From: Escherichia phage Delraymugoa
Reading direction: 5' to 3' (one strand)
Sequence record: OR896825.1
DNA: 64,000 nucleotides
Numbering within the stretch: position 1 is the first letter of the stretch; each line of letters begins with the position of its first letter. The notes beneath the pieces are model-generated. The model had not been told where the DNA came from and ran no database searches. It worked only from the letters and a program-made list of their open reading frames with translations. Shown here in pieces: positions 47,316-56,415 of the stretch. Made by a program: the position numbers and the translations under genes.

Positions 47316-47843
47316 TCATCTCTCATTTTTGATACGTGATTCTAATTGGATCATACGGTCGCGCGTTTGTTTGTATTCTCGGATAGCACCGATCCGGCTA
47401 GGCATACCATCCAGTACGCTCTTAATACCTTCTAGGGTAGTAATTTTGGCAATGCTATTATGTAACCCCATCTTATCGATCAACTGAATGTCGTAGGCTT
47501 CCATAAGCAGACCCAGGCGTTCTAAAGTTAGGTCTTCTTCTTTTTCTTCTGAATCTGGAATCTTAGGTTCAATAGTAACTTCGGTAAAGAAACGACGCTC
47601 ACCCGACCAAAACCACACACCAGAACAACCAATAGGGGATTCTTTTAACGTCATAGAGTCGAAATCACTACCAATAATAGTAATTTCTCTAACATCACCA
47701 TCATCGTCAAGGTCTTCTACCCTAAACGGGCGACCAGCCAACAAGTCAACAATACATCTGTTAATAGACGACGAAAATTTAGTCAGTTCGGCTTTCGACG
47801 CTTCGCATTCAATCTTGTAAGTTTTACCAACTTCCCATTCCAT
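47316..47843 (-). CDS. paralog family A member (175 aa)
   Basis: MEWEVGKTYK N-terminus with GAGGTGA Shine-Dalgarno; ..GERRFFTEV motif. Confidence 0.5.
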   Translation of the reverse strand: MEWEVGKTYKIECEASKAELTKFSSSINRCIVDLLAGRPFRVEDLDDDGDVREITIIGSDFDSMTLKESPIGCSGVWFWSGERRFFTEVTIEPKIPDSEEKEEDLTLERLGLLMEAYDIQLIDKMGLHNSIAKITTLEGIKSVLDGMPSRIGAIREYKQTRDRMIQLESRIKNER

Positions 47844-47853
47844 AATAATCACC

Positions 47854-48357
47854 TCAAATAATTTTCACTGGAATACTATTAACAATCTTGTATTGTACTT
47901 GATTGTCAGATCCCCGCCACGGCTTCTTCGTTGGCATATCTTTAATATAACGCCCATCGATGAACATGTCAACTGATTCTACAATTTTTCTTTGCTCATC
48001 ATTCAATTGGTCAAGGGTATAACCGGACCATAGCCAAATATCTTTATTTGGCATCCATGATTTTACTTCATCGATGATCCGCTGTACACCCTTTAAATTG
48101 CGTTTATACAGTGGATCGCCACCTAAGAATGTTAGCCCCTGAATAAAATCAGGTCTAAGCAGGTCCAGAATCAATCCCATTGTATCATCGGTGAATGGTT
48201 CCCCGTTCTTAGGATTGAGTAGGCTAGCATTAAAGCAACCATCACATGCGTGTGAACATCCGGTAACGTAAAGGGAGACTCTCACTCCCTCACCGTTAAC
48301 CATATCACAATCTTTAATATCGGCATAGCGTAGTTTGCCGTATGTATCAGAACTCAT
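47854..48357 (-). CDS. nrdG: anaerobic ribonucleotide reductase activating protein NrdG (radical SAM)
   Basis: CSHACDGC radical-SAM cluster motif; about 167 aa; adjacent to nrdD. Confidence 0.85.
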   Translation of the reverse strand: MSSDTYGKLRYADIKDCDMVNGEGVRVSLYVTGCSHACDGCFNASLLNPKNGEPFTDDTMGLILDLLRPDFIQGLTFLGGDPLYKRNLKGVQRIIDEVKSWMPNKDIWLWSGYTLDQLNDEQRKIVESVDMFIDGRYIKDMPTKKPWRGSDNQVQYKIVNSIPVKII

Positions 48358-48499
48358 ATTCAATTACCCCGAACTCGTTTACAATCTGCGCTTTATAGTA
48401 ACCACCGCGAGATGCTAATAGATAAGCTGGGCTTAGGTATTCGTATTCACGGATTTCTACTTGTGCGTTTTCAGTTTCCCAAATCAGTAAAGTCCACAT
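48347..48499 (-). CDS. small hypothetical protein (50 aa)
   Basis: Start moved to ATG (MWTLLIW) with GGAGAA leader downstream of promoter. Confidence 0.35.
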   Translation of the reverse strand: MWTLLIWETENAQVEIREYEYLSPAYLLASRGGYYKAQIVNEFGVIEYEF

Positions 48500-48541
48500 A
48501 TTTGATTCTCCTGTAAAGTTGTATCTCGTCTTGATGAATAT

Positions 48542-48570
48542 AGTATAGGGGATCTCGCGATCCCCGTCAA
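48542..48570 (-). promoter_or_regulatory. sigma70-type early promoter with GATC-containing palindromic spacer
   Basis: TTGACG-N17-TATACT; spacer GGGGATC-TCGC-GATCCCC carries two GATC sites. Confidence 0.55.
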
Positions 48571-48574
48571 GCAT

Positions 48575-49102
48575 TTATTTTAAATTTTTTCGAATGTATT
48601 CAGACCATTCCTTCCCTGTCATTTCGGACCCGTTCTGGAAACTGAAATATTCATACGGCATCGAGTCAAGATAAAACAGGATCATACATCGCGCCATATA
48701 ATACCAATCACGATTAAAGTAAACTACGTTATCACCAGTACCATCAACCCCTTTATCATAACCATCGCGGGTACGGGCGACCCATTGAATAGTATCATTT
48801 TTCTCGCGGATCGTAACAGGTTCCCAATATCCAGCACATCCAGCATGACCACACGAACAAGTCAGGAAATATTGACCTTTTGCTTTGTTGTCATCCCATT
48901 CACGATGGATTGGTTCGATCTCGTGAAACAGTGCTAAGCAATCATGATTATGCAACACTGGCTTACCATCAATCAATGCATGGAATGTATACAAACGACC
49001 AGTAGACAAATAGCTATCCTCACGCTCAACCAGTTCAATAGCAATCTTTTTAGCTCGTTCTTTGTGTCGTTGTGCTTTACGCTTACGGTTTAATGATTTC
49101 AT
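48575..49102 (-). CDS. hypothetical Cys/His-rich protein (175 aa)
   Basis: Start moved to ATG (MKSLNRKRK) with GAGGTGA Shine-Dalgarno; CSCGHAGCAGY segment. Confidence 0.45.
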   Translation of the reverse strand: MKSLNRKRKAQRHKERAKKIAIELVEREDSYLSTGRLYTFHALIDGKPVLHNHDCLALFHEIEPIHREWDDNKAKGQYFLTCSCGHAGCAGYWEPVTIREKNDTIQWVARTRDGYDKGVDGTGDNVVYFNRDWYYMARCMILFYLDSMPYEYFSFQNGSEMTGKEWSEYIRKNLK

Positions 49103-49119
49103 ATTCACCTCACACATTA

Positions 49120-49665
49120 TCAAAGGTCGCGATATAGTACATTATGAAAATGAGAACTTGCATTACCAATATTGTAGATAATAAATTCTTCATCCGGCGC
49201 TTGCGCTACAAATTGAGTACGAGCAACCGCCACAACCTTAAAAATACGATCCGTGATCTTGTGTTTAATTTCGGCTCCTACTTCCATAGGAACATATTCA
49301 TGTGTTTCTGTTTCAGTCGCAAAACAGCCATCTTCTTCATAAGCACGAACAAATCGATCGCAATCAGTACGCTTAACAAATTCAAGAGTATACAATTCTC
49401 GTGAATTGTCGGTATAGACTAATACAGAATTATTCTGATAGCGAATCACATACAGGTTATTATCATCGTCAATTACGCAAAAGCTACGGATTTGTGTTCC
49501 TTCGCCTTTACTCCAGCAGATATTAACCACAGTTCCTCTAATAAAAAAACTTTCCTTTAAATTAAAACTAGCCAATGTGCTAGCGTGCATTTTAACAACA
49601 ACACCATCGCCAATTTCCAGTTTACGAAGTTTAACTTCTTTGCTCAGTACACAAAACATCATCAT
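49120..49665 (-). CDS. hypothetical protein (181 aa)
   Basis: ATG triplet start with GAGGA Shine-Dalgarno downstream of promoter. Confidence 0.5.
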   Translation of the reverse strand: MMMFCVLSKEVKLRKLEIGDGVVVKMHASTLASFNLKESFFIRGTVVNICWSKGEGTQIRSFCVIDDDNNLYVIRYQNNSVLVYTDNSRELYTLEFVKRTDCDRFVRAYEEDGCFATETETHEYVPMEVGAEIKHKITDRIFKVVAVARTQFVAQAPDEEFIIYNIGNASSHFHNVLYRDL

Positions 49666-49694
49666 GTTGTCCTCTCGTTGTTTTCGATGTGAGC

Positions 49695-49722
49695 ATTATA
49701 CATTAGCTAATCATGTTGTCAA
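49695..49722 (-). promoter_or_regulatory. sigma70-type early promoter
   Basis: TTGACA-N16-TATAAT immediately downstream of the nrdD terminator. Confidence 0.55.
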
Positions 49723-49726
49723 CACC

Positions 49727-49760
49727 CCAAAACGAAAAAGCCGACCCTTTCGGATCGGCT
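49727..49760 (-). terminator. rho-independent terminator after nrdD
   Basis: AGCCGA-UCCGAAAGGG-UCGGCU followed by UUUUUCGUUUU. Confidence 0.65.
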
Positions 49761-49765
49761 GAAAT

Positions 49766-51628
49766 TTACATGTGCTTAACGCGGTTTACCATCTCGGAGT
49801 GTTTCCCGTGGTTAAATGGACGCAGATCAACAGATCCAAGATATCCACTAACGCGACGGATAACATTCATCTTTTCCAGATTGTCATTGCCGCAATCAGG
49901 ACAAACAAAACCAGACTCGGTTGCTCTCATTTCCTTAGTAGATCCGCATACATGACATACATCAGAAGGAGTATTAACACCGAAGTAGTGCAATTTATCC
50001 ATTGCATAGTCTACTACAGTTTCAAGACCTTTCAGGTTGTTTTTCATGTCTGGGAACTCAACATAAGAGATCATGCCACCGGACGCCAGCCAGTGATAAT
50101 CTTTCTCAAAGTCGATTTTCTCAAATGGAGTGACTTTCCGGTCTACGTCAAGGTGGAATGAGTTGGTGTACCAGTCTTTATCGGTAGCACCCTTAACAAT
50201 ACCAAATTTCTCTCTGTCCAGTCGATTAAATCGATAGCAAAGACTCTCGGCTGGCGTACCGTAAAGACTAAACCCAAGTCCGGTTTCGTCCTTCCATTTT
50301 TCAGTATAATGACGCAAGATCTTAAGAATATGTTTACCGTATCGCTGCGCATCTTCCGAATCAAACGGATGAACACCAAACAGGACGCTCAATACCTCAT
50401 GTAAACCAATATATCCAAGAGAGATACTAGCGCGACCATCTTTCAGCACTTCCAAAATTTCATCGTTTTGATGAATACGGAAAAATGCACCTTCTGTATA
50501 CAGCACCGGAGCAACATTGGCTTTAGCCCCTTTTAAAGCGTCTACGCGACTCATGAGCGCATCAAAGCAAATAGGCATACGATTAGCTAGCTCTTGTTCG
50601 AATAGCTCAATTCTGCGCATTACAGACGCTTTACCAGCACGACGAGCGACAATAAGGGCAATACGCGGAAGATTCAGAGTCACAACACCTAAGTTATTAC
50701 GTCCGTCTAATACTTCTTCGCCTTTCTCATTATGCCACACACCCAGGAAGCTACGACAACCCATCGGGCTAACCGGAACACTAGATCCAGTGATGCTACG
50801 GTTATTCTTCGCAGAGATATAATCAGGGTAAAGACGCTTACTAGAACATTCCAATGCAAGTTGCTTAATGTCGTAGTTCGGATCTTCCGGTTTAAGGTTT
50901 AATCCTTCTTCTAAGAACATCACCAGCTTAGGAAACACCGGAGTGATACCATCTTTACCTAAACCTTTAGTTCGAACGTTCAGGATCGCTTTCTGAATCA
51001 GTTTTTCTTCCCAGCTAGTACCCATACCAAAGGTTAAAGTCACAAAAGGCGTTTGACCGTTGGTGGAGAACAAAGTGTTGATTTCATATTCCAACGCTTG
51101 ATACCCGTCTAAAGTTTCTTTTTCTGTCTTCTCTTGTGCATAGAGAGTATCAGCTTTGATTCCGTAGGTTTCGGCATCAGCAAGGTGTTTATGATATGTT
51201 TTCTCAACATACGGTGCTAACACCTGATCGATGTTTGCGATTGTGGTCCCGCCATATTGATGACTTGCCACCTGTGCGATAATTTGAGCGGTTACAGCAC
51301 AAGCAACGCCGATTGATTTCGGACTTTCGATTTGTGCGCTACCCAATTTAAAACCATTCTCTAACATGTCTTTGAGATTAACAAGACAGCAGTTAGTAAA
51401 CGGCATAGCGGGTGCATAATCCATATCATGATAATGAATGTCACCGTCTACATGCGCTTTATAGATGTGCTCAGGTAACACGGTGTTAGCAATCTGTTTA
51501 GACACAGCACCAGCAATCAGATCTCGACGTGTCGGGAATGTTCGCGCGTCTTTGTTCGCGTTCTCTTTGCTTACTTCGTTTTCTTTACCCGTTGCGATCT
51601 CTGTAATGTCTTTGATTAGTTTTTCCAT
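49766..51628 (-). CDS. nrdD: anaerobic ribonucleoside-triphosphate reductase NrdD
   Basis: C-terminal glycyl-radical motif RVSGYLG and CxxC zinc ribbon; 620 aa; GGTGA Shine-Dalgarno. Confidence 0.9.
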   Translation of the reverse strand: MEKLIKDITEIATGKENEVSKENANKDARTFPTRRDLIAGAVSKQIANTVLPEHIYKAHVDGDIHYHDMDYAPAMPFTNCCLVNLKDMLENGFKLGSAQIESPKSIGVACAVTAQIIAQVASHQYGGTTIANIDQVLAPYVEKTYHKHLADAETYGIKADTLYAQEKTEKETLDGYQALEYEINTLFSTNGQTPFVTLTFGMGTSWEEKLIQKAILNVRTKGLGKDGITPVFPKLVMFLEEGLNLKPEDPNYDIKQLALECSSKRLYPDYISAKNNRSITGSSVPVSPMGCRSFLGVWHNEKGEEVLDGRNNLGVVTLNLPRIALIVARRAGKASVMRRIELFEQELANRMPICFDALMSRVDALKGAKANVAPVLYTEGAFFRIHQNDEILEVLKDGRASISLGYIGLHEVLSVLFGVHPFDSEDAQRYGKHILKILRHYTEKWKDETGLGFSLYGTPAESLCYRFNRLDREKFGIVKGATDKDWYTNSFHLDVDRKVTPFEKIDFEKDYHWLASGGMISYVEFPDMKNNLKGLETVVDYAMDKLHYFGVNTPSDVCHVCGSTKEMRATESGFVCPDCGNDNLEKMNVIRRVSGYLGSVDLRPFNHGKHSEMVNRVKHM

Positions 51629-51640
51629 TGTATCACCTAT

Positions 51641-51662
51641 GAAAAAGCGGGATTTCTCCCGC
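51641..51662 (-). terminator. hairpin plus U-run upstream of nrdD (attenuator or terminator)
   Basis: GCGGGA-GAAA-UCCCGC followed by UUUUUCAU. Confidence 0.45.
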
Positions 51663-51672
51663 TCGTTGATAG

Positions 51673-52167
51673 TTATTTTACCAGTTCTGCTAATTCTTTT
51701 TCTTTAGCTTCTAGTTCAGCTTTAAGCTGTTTAATCTCTTGTCGCTTCTTATTAGCGGCTTCTTGCTTACTATTTCGGATAACCTGATCTAGATACAACT
51801 CCCAATCCTGAATATTTTTGATAATGTAACCGTCAACATTAATTGGTCGGAGATTCAGTACAGCTTCCAGTTTAGTCGCAAAAACTTTAATTGCTGGCGT
51901 GAAGTATTCATATTCGTTATCTTCAAACCAATAACCTAGACTTGCATTATCAATACGAAGACGAAGTTCAAGATCAAGGTCTTTATCTTCGGTGTAAAGA
52001 TCTTTCACCTGACCCAGCGAACTAACAACAACTTTAAAACGAATTTTATCTACACCACCAAACACATCAGTAAGGATACCAGCAATTGAGCTATTAGCGC
52101 AAGATTGGTCGCTGAATGCGTCAAGGTTTTCTTTAGTTACAGTATACCAAACATCTTGTACCCACAT
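51673..52167 (-). CDS. hypothetical protein with C-terminal coiled coil (164 aa), possible family B relative
   Basis: Own promoter; C-terminus QEIKQLKAELEAKEKELAEL. Confidence 0.45.
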   Translation of the reverse strand: MWVQDVWYTVTKENLDAFSDQSCANSSIAGILTDVFGGVDKIRFKVVVSSLGQVKDLYTEDKDLDLELRLRIDNASLGYWFEDNEYEYFTPAIKVFATKLEAVLNLRPINVDGYIIKNIQDWELYLDQVIRNSKQEAANKKRQEIKQLKAELEAKEKELAELVK

Positions 52168-52197
52168 AATATAATCCTCTCGTTGTTAAGTGGGAGT

Positions 52198-52225
52198 ATT
52201 ATAGCATACTCCCTTCGCATGTCAA
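52198..52225 (-). promoter_or_regulatory. sigma70-type early promoter with stem-loop (PeSL-like)
   Basis: TTGACA-N16-TATAAT; -10 inside GGGAGTA..TACTCCC hairpin; -35 overlaps upstream stop codon. Confidence 0.6.
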
Positions 52226-53400
52226 GCACTAACTTTTTTCTTTACTGCTTTCACCTTCTGGCGAATTGCTCGAATCTCTTCGATCTCTTTTTCAGTATCT
52301 TTAACAATTTCTTTGCGATTCTGAATATCTTTATCGAGATTATCATCAAGTTTAGGCAGCATGTCAATCAAGAACTTTTTAAGGTCTTTCAGGTTGCGAA
52401 TAACAGTACCTTCACCCATTACCGCCACGCCTACACCATCCGGCAGATCACCAAACAGTTTAACCAGTTCAGACAGATGATCATGATCTTCTAGTGCTTC
52501 TTCCGGTTCAGATGGCAGTTCAACAAAGTAATAACGTTCATCATTGCTGATCAGGTGATACCAGCAAAGCCCAAAAGATTTAGGAGTATATTCTACACCA
52601 CCAACTTCAACTGCATCAACACTTCCGAAAGAATCTACTTTAGTTACCTTAAATCCATGTTCCAGCGTTTTAATAATTTCAATAACATGACTGGATACGG
52701 TTTCAGTATTAAACCAATGAGGCAAATTATGTGGATTTGGCTTGTATCGTTCGCCTACTTTAAATCTCTGACCACGCTCTTGCATACGGACATATTCAAC
52801 TCGCGTGATTTCCGCGAAGTATTCAAATTCGCTACCGTCAAACAAGCAATTCCATTGATCACAAAAACGGTCCGCCTTGACGGTTTCACCTTTCGCGGTG
52901 ATCATGGTAGCTGATCCGTGCAATTCTTCTTCAACTAAAAAGCCATATTCGACAAAATCAACAAGTTTCATGGCTTCTTTGTGCTCTGGGTCATGCTCTC
53001 CCCAGAATCGCTTAAATTCTTGCAAACCTTCTGGGGTAAACGAATAACATTTACCTTTTTCAAAGTAAGTCGGCATTGCATCCTCTTTCTTGTTCATCGC
53101 TTCGTATGCCTCTTTTGAGATACGTTTAAAGTATTTGCGCTCATTGTGCATAATCATAGTAGACCAATAATAAACGATATCCTCAGCGGAATAAACTACA
53201 TCTCCAGCTTCAATAGTAATAACATGACCGTGGTCATCTTTTTCTAATACTTTAAAGCCCTTTTCTACGATTTCAGCAACCCGAATATGACCACGGCGCG
53301 AAGCATCGGTCAGAATAATTGAATAGCGAGAAAAGTCTAGAAACTCATCTTTACCGCCTTCACGGAATGCATAGTAATGACCTTCAAAGAATTTAGCCAT
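52222..53400 (-). CDS. paralog family B member with three internal repeats (392 aa)
   Basis: Repeats containing GFKV(L/T)..D..G.V and (N/D)ER(K/Y)YF motifs; Lys/Glu-rich coiled-coil tail. Confidence 0.55.
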   Translation of the reverse strand: MAKFFEGHYYAFREGGKDEFLDFSRYSIILTDASRRGHIRVAEIVEKGFKVLEKDDHGHVITIEAGDVVYSAEDIVYYWSTMIMHNERKYFKRISKEAYEAMNKKEDAMPTYFEKGKCYSFTPEGLQEFKRFWGEHDPEHKEAMKLVDFVEYGFLVEEELHGSATMITAKGETVKADRFCDQWNCLFDGSEFEYFAEITRVEYVRMQERGQRFKVGERYKPNPHNLPHWFNTETVSSHVIEIIKTLEHGFKVTKVDSFGSVDAVEVGGVEYTPKSFGLCWYHLISNDERYYFVELPSEPEEALEDHDHLSELVKLFGDLPDGVGVAVMGEGTVIRNLKDLKKFLIDMLPKLDDNLDKDIQNRKEIVKDTEKEIEEIRAIRQKVKAVKKKVSA

Positions 53401-53431
53401 AATATAATCCTCTCGTTGTTTAGACGGGAGT

Positions 53432-53460
53432 ATCTTACTACTCCCGTTTCATCATGTCAA
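53432..53460 (-). promoter_or_regulatory. sigma70-type early promoter with stem-loop (PeSL-like)
   Basis: TTGACA-N17-TAAGAT; CGGGAGTA-N6-TACTCCCG hairpin. Confidence 0.6.
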
Positions 53461-54023
53461 GCGTTAAATGACTTTTGGATCTCTTTCAGTTCAGCTACTT
53501 TATCGGCGCTGAATTTAGCGTAGGCATCATGTCGAATAATTTCACTTTCAAGAAAGGTTTCCAGCCGAGATCTATTTTCAATAAGGAACTCTTTCAGGTC
53601 TTCCGCGTTCTTGATAAAGATTTTATTGTCGGTAATGTCATCTTCAATCGCAAAGGAGATAGAGCGAACTTTACCAAACAAGTTAATCAGATCTTCCAGA
53701 GATTCTTCTTTCTTAACTGGTTTCATTTCTTCAAACTGCTTTTTAGTGATGCGTTTAAAGTATTTGCGCTCGTTTGCAGCAATCAGAACAGATGCACCTT
53801 CATACCCATGAGTTTCTACCAGATACACACGCCCCATCGCATCAACAGTGAGAACTTTAAAGCCGTTACAAAGCACGTCATACAAGAACTTATTATGTTG
53901 CGGACATCGCTTGATAAATTCTGCGGCTGTTTCTGCATTACGGAAAGTGTAATAACGACCTCGTTCAAAAACAGCATCATTTGAAGACTTAGCCGGATAC
54001 AATTTATACGTTTTCTGTACCAT
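53457..54023 (-). CDS. paralog family B member (188 aa)
   Basis: GFKVLTVDAMGRV...NERKYFKRITKKQFEEM; start moved to ATG with GAGGA Shine-Dalgarno. Confidence 0.5.
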   Translation of the reverse strand: MVQKTYKLYPAKSSNDAVFERGRYYTFRNAETAAEFIKRCPQHNKFLYDVLCNGFKVLTVDAMGRVYLVETHGYEGASVLIAANERKYFKRITKKQFEEMKPVKKEESLEDLINLFGKVRSISFAIEDDITDNKIFIKNAEDLKEFLIENRSRLETFLESEIIRHDAYAKFSADKVAELKEIQKSFNA

Positions 54024-54037
54024 AATATAATCCTCTA

Positions 54038-54310
54038 TCATTTCACTAATTGAACAGCACGGAACAGAATGCGCTCACACGGAAGCAGCATAAATTCCCA
54101 ACGCGGATCAAAGTCTTTAGCGGTGTATGTTTTCCCATCAACCGAGATTTCACTTACATAACCAACAGGTGACACTTTAAGAACAGTAAACCCATTCTTG
54201 ATGACTTCGTAGGTATCTTTCACCCCTTCGTATTCATCATCTAAGAAGTCTTTATGTGCTTGCTCAGATTTAAAAACATAGGCCACACCGGATTTAAACA
54301 TCTTACGCAT
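54038..54310 (-). CDS. paralog family B member (90 aa)
   Basis: GFTVLKVSPVGYV motif; start moved to ATG (MRKMFKS) with AAGGAG Shine-Dalgarno downstream of promoter. Confidence 0.45.
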   Translation of the reverse strand: MRKMFKSGVAYVFKSEQAHKDFLDDEYEGVKDTYEVIKNGFTVLKVSPVGYVSEISVDGKTYTAKDFDPRWEFMLLPCERILFRAVQLVK

Positions 54311-54341
54311 TGTTGATTCTCCTTCTTGATTAGATGGGAGT

Positions 54342-54370
54342 ATTTTACTACTCCCATTTCTTATTGTCAA
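54342..54370 (-). promoter_or_regulatory. sigma70-type early promoter with stem-loop (PeSL-like)
   Basis: TTGACA-N17-TAAAAT; GGGAGTA-N6-TACTCCC hairpin. Confidence 0.6.
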
Positions 54371-54373
54371 CTA

Positions 54374-54847
54374 CTATCTTAATCTTTGTATGAATTGTTT
54401 CTTATACTTCTTCGTGATCTCTTCTCTTGTATCCGCGTCACAGTAATCGAAACCTTCTGCGTCCATAATAGCAACCATCTCCGCTCGTGTCAAGCGTGAA
54501 AATCGTTTTACTTTATCAACAGCATATTGAGGATGTAAATGATTGTTGGTGTAGTCTCCTTTGATGTAATTAACATAGTTTGTAGCCCAAACAACGAAAT
54601 CAGCACCTAAAGCACCAACACCAAACCGTTTAAAGTCTCCGGTCAACGATCCTTCTAGGCGGTTGCAACACGAATGAAGCAATCCCCTTACGCGGCCTTG
54701 CCCTTTCCCATCTAGATCATGATCATGGTCAAGATGGTTTTTGCTCATATCCTCAAAAAGTGGCAATTGACAAAGGGGGCAAATGCCCCCCTGTTTTTCG
54801 AATAGTTCTTGTTTGTACTCTTTAGCACTCTTAGCAGTCAGTAACAT
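54374..54847 (-). CDS. 49: endonuclease VII gp49 (Holliday junction resolvase)
   Basis: NHLDHDH...G..RGLL..CN..EG and C-terminal blocks as T4 endo VII; 157 aa from ATG with GGAGGGTGA Shine-Dalgarno. Confidence 0.9.
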   Translation of the reverse strand: MLLTAKSAKEYKQELFEKQGGICPLCQLPLFEDMSKNHLDHDHDLDGKGQGRVRGLLHSCCNRLEGSLTGDFKRFGVGALGADFVVWATNYVNYIKGDYTNNHLHPQYAVDKVKRFSRLTRAEMVAIMDAEGFDYCDADTREEITKKYKKQFIQRLR

Positions 54848-54871
54848 AAATTCACCCTCCAAAGAAGGTAT

Positions 54872-55153
54872 TTAACCATTAATCTTGTTTTTGACTACAA
54901 AGGATCGGAACTCATCAAAGCCACCGATATAATCACCATCATAGAAAATCTGCGGCATGGTGGCAATAACTTCTACCCCTGCGCGATCCTGAATATCGGC
55001 AATGATAGAATCAATCTTTACCGGACGACCGTTTTCGTCCACACCATCATTAACCGGAATGTAGATGTAAGGGATCTTACGCGCTTCACAAAGGCGCTTT
55101 GCATTCTGGCAATACTTACAGTTGTAACCTTCAAAACCAAAAATTTCTACCAT
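54872..55153 (-). CDS. nrdC: thioredoxin/glutaredoxin NrdC-like
   Basis: CKYC active site, MPQIFYDGDYIGGFDEF as T4 NrdC; start moved to ATG (MVEIFGF). Confidence 0.8.
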   Translation of the reverse strand: MVEIFGFEGYNCKYCQNAKRLCEARKIPYIYIPVNDGVDENGRPVKIDSIIADIQDRAGVEVIATMPQIFYDGDYIGGFDEFRSFVVKNKING

Positions 55154-55161
55154 GTTATACC

Positions 55162-55974
55162 TCAATCTACGTTAGTTACATAAACTTCTTGCGTATCAGA
55201 AGACTTACCACCTGAACGATCTAGGCAATAGGTCTTATTCAACAGGACGCAGTTTAAATCATTCCGCTTGATAAAGTCAAGGAGATGATCATTTACCTTT
55301 CCCTTATGATGTGTGACATTACTGATACCAAACTGAAAACCACGCGCCATAATAGATTCTACCCACTGATAGAATTTAATCTCTTCCTCGTCACTCCAGA
55401 ACTTATTGTATTCCGCAGAAGTGATAAGGTACGGCGGGTCCAAATAAACGAAATCACCTGGCAAGATCTCGATCTCGTCATAACGACCAGACGTAAAACT
55501 GATTCGACCGTCTTTGTTTTCTTCCTTAAAATTCAGGACACGCTCTATCGCGTTTTCGTTAAAAGTCCGGCGACCAAAATTAGCATTAAATTCTCCCTTC
55601 CGGTTATGGCGGTTAAGGTTGCTAAAACTGTGCTGAATCAACACAAACAGCGATAGAGGGTCTGGATTCTCGTTATACTTCTTACGGAATGTCATGTAAG
55701 CGTCTTTATCTTCGCGAGACAAACCATTTTCGGCAATAATACGCTTGATCGTAGAAACCGGATCAGGACACTCGTCAATCGCTTTGTACGCGTCTATTAA
55801 GCGGTGATCATAGTCATTAGCCAACACATCCCCTTCGACGTACATAGACACGCTCAAGCCGCCACAAAAGGCATCAACAAAGCGGTTATAGTGCTTAGGG
55901 AAATACTTACTAACACCCGGCAATAACTTTTCCTTATTGCCAGTATAGGGAATTAAACCTAATGCTTTCTTCAT
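55162..55974 (-). CDS. dam: DNA adenine methyltransferase Dam (N6-adenine, GATC-type)
   Basis: FCGG AdoMet motif, DPPY catalytic motif, FVYLDPPYLIT..YNKFWS..EE block shared with T4 Dam. Confidence 0.9.
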   Translation of the reverse strand: MKKALGLIPYTGNKEKLLPGVSKYFPKHYNRFVDAFCGGLSVSMYVEGDVLANDYDHRLIDAYKAIDECPDPVSTIKRIIAENGLSREDKDAYMTFRKKYNENPDPLSLFVLIQHSFSNLNRHNRKGEFNANFGRRTFNENAIERVLNFKEENKDGRISFTSGRYDEIEILPGDFVYLDPPYLITSAEYNKFWSDEEEIKFYQWVESIMARGFQFGISNVTHHKGKVNDHLLDFIKRNDLNCVLLNKTYCLDRSGGKSSDTQEVYVTNVD

Positions 55975-56405
55975 TATCCCTTCCTCACATAAGTTCGCTC
56001 AATCTCTACCAGTTCGAAAAATTCTTGCCAATCACACGGAAAATTGCAGTTTCCGAAATGATCCTCTTTGTAAAGTTCTTTACCGGATAGCAGCTTAATA
56101 TCTGTTACGCTGTAGTATCCGCAACAATCGCAATCACCCTCTGTATATTCTGTTTTAGTAGGAATATCCATCATTGCCAGATACAAAGGTACATCGTCTT
56201 GCTCAAAGTTCATGTAACCTTCATGGTCGAATGAAACAAAGTTATCATCGCCACCGAAAGGGATATAATGGTCATAATCGGTTACAGATTGACCGTGCAA
56301 TTCCCATTCTACAATTTTAACATTACCACTAAAATTGATACCCATAATTTCAACAAGAAAATGAGTATCGTCAATGTAAATCTTACTAGGGGTTGGATAA
56401 ACCAT
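55974..56405 (-). CDS. hypothetical Cys-rich protein (143 aa)
   Basis: GAGGA Shine-Dalgarno; CDCCGY and CNFPC segments. Confidence 0.45.
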   Translation of the reverse strand: MVYPTPSKIYIDDTHFLVEIMGINFSGNVKIVEWELHGQSVTDYDHYIPFGGDDNFVSFDHEGYMNFEQDDVPLYLAMMDIPTKTEYTEGDCDCCGYYSVTDIKLLSGKELYKEDHFGNCNFPCDWQEFFELVEIERTYVRKG

Positions 56406-56415
56406 TATATAATCC

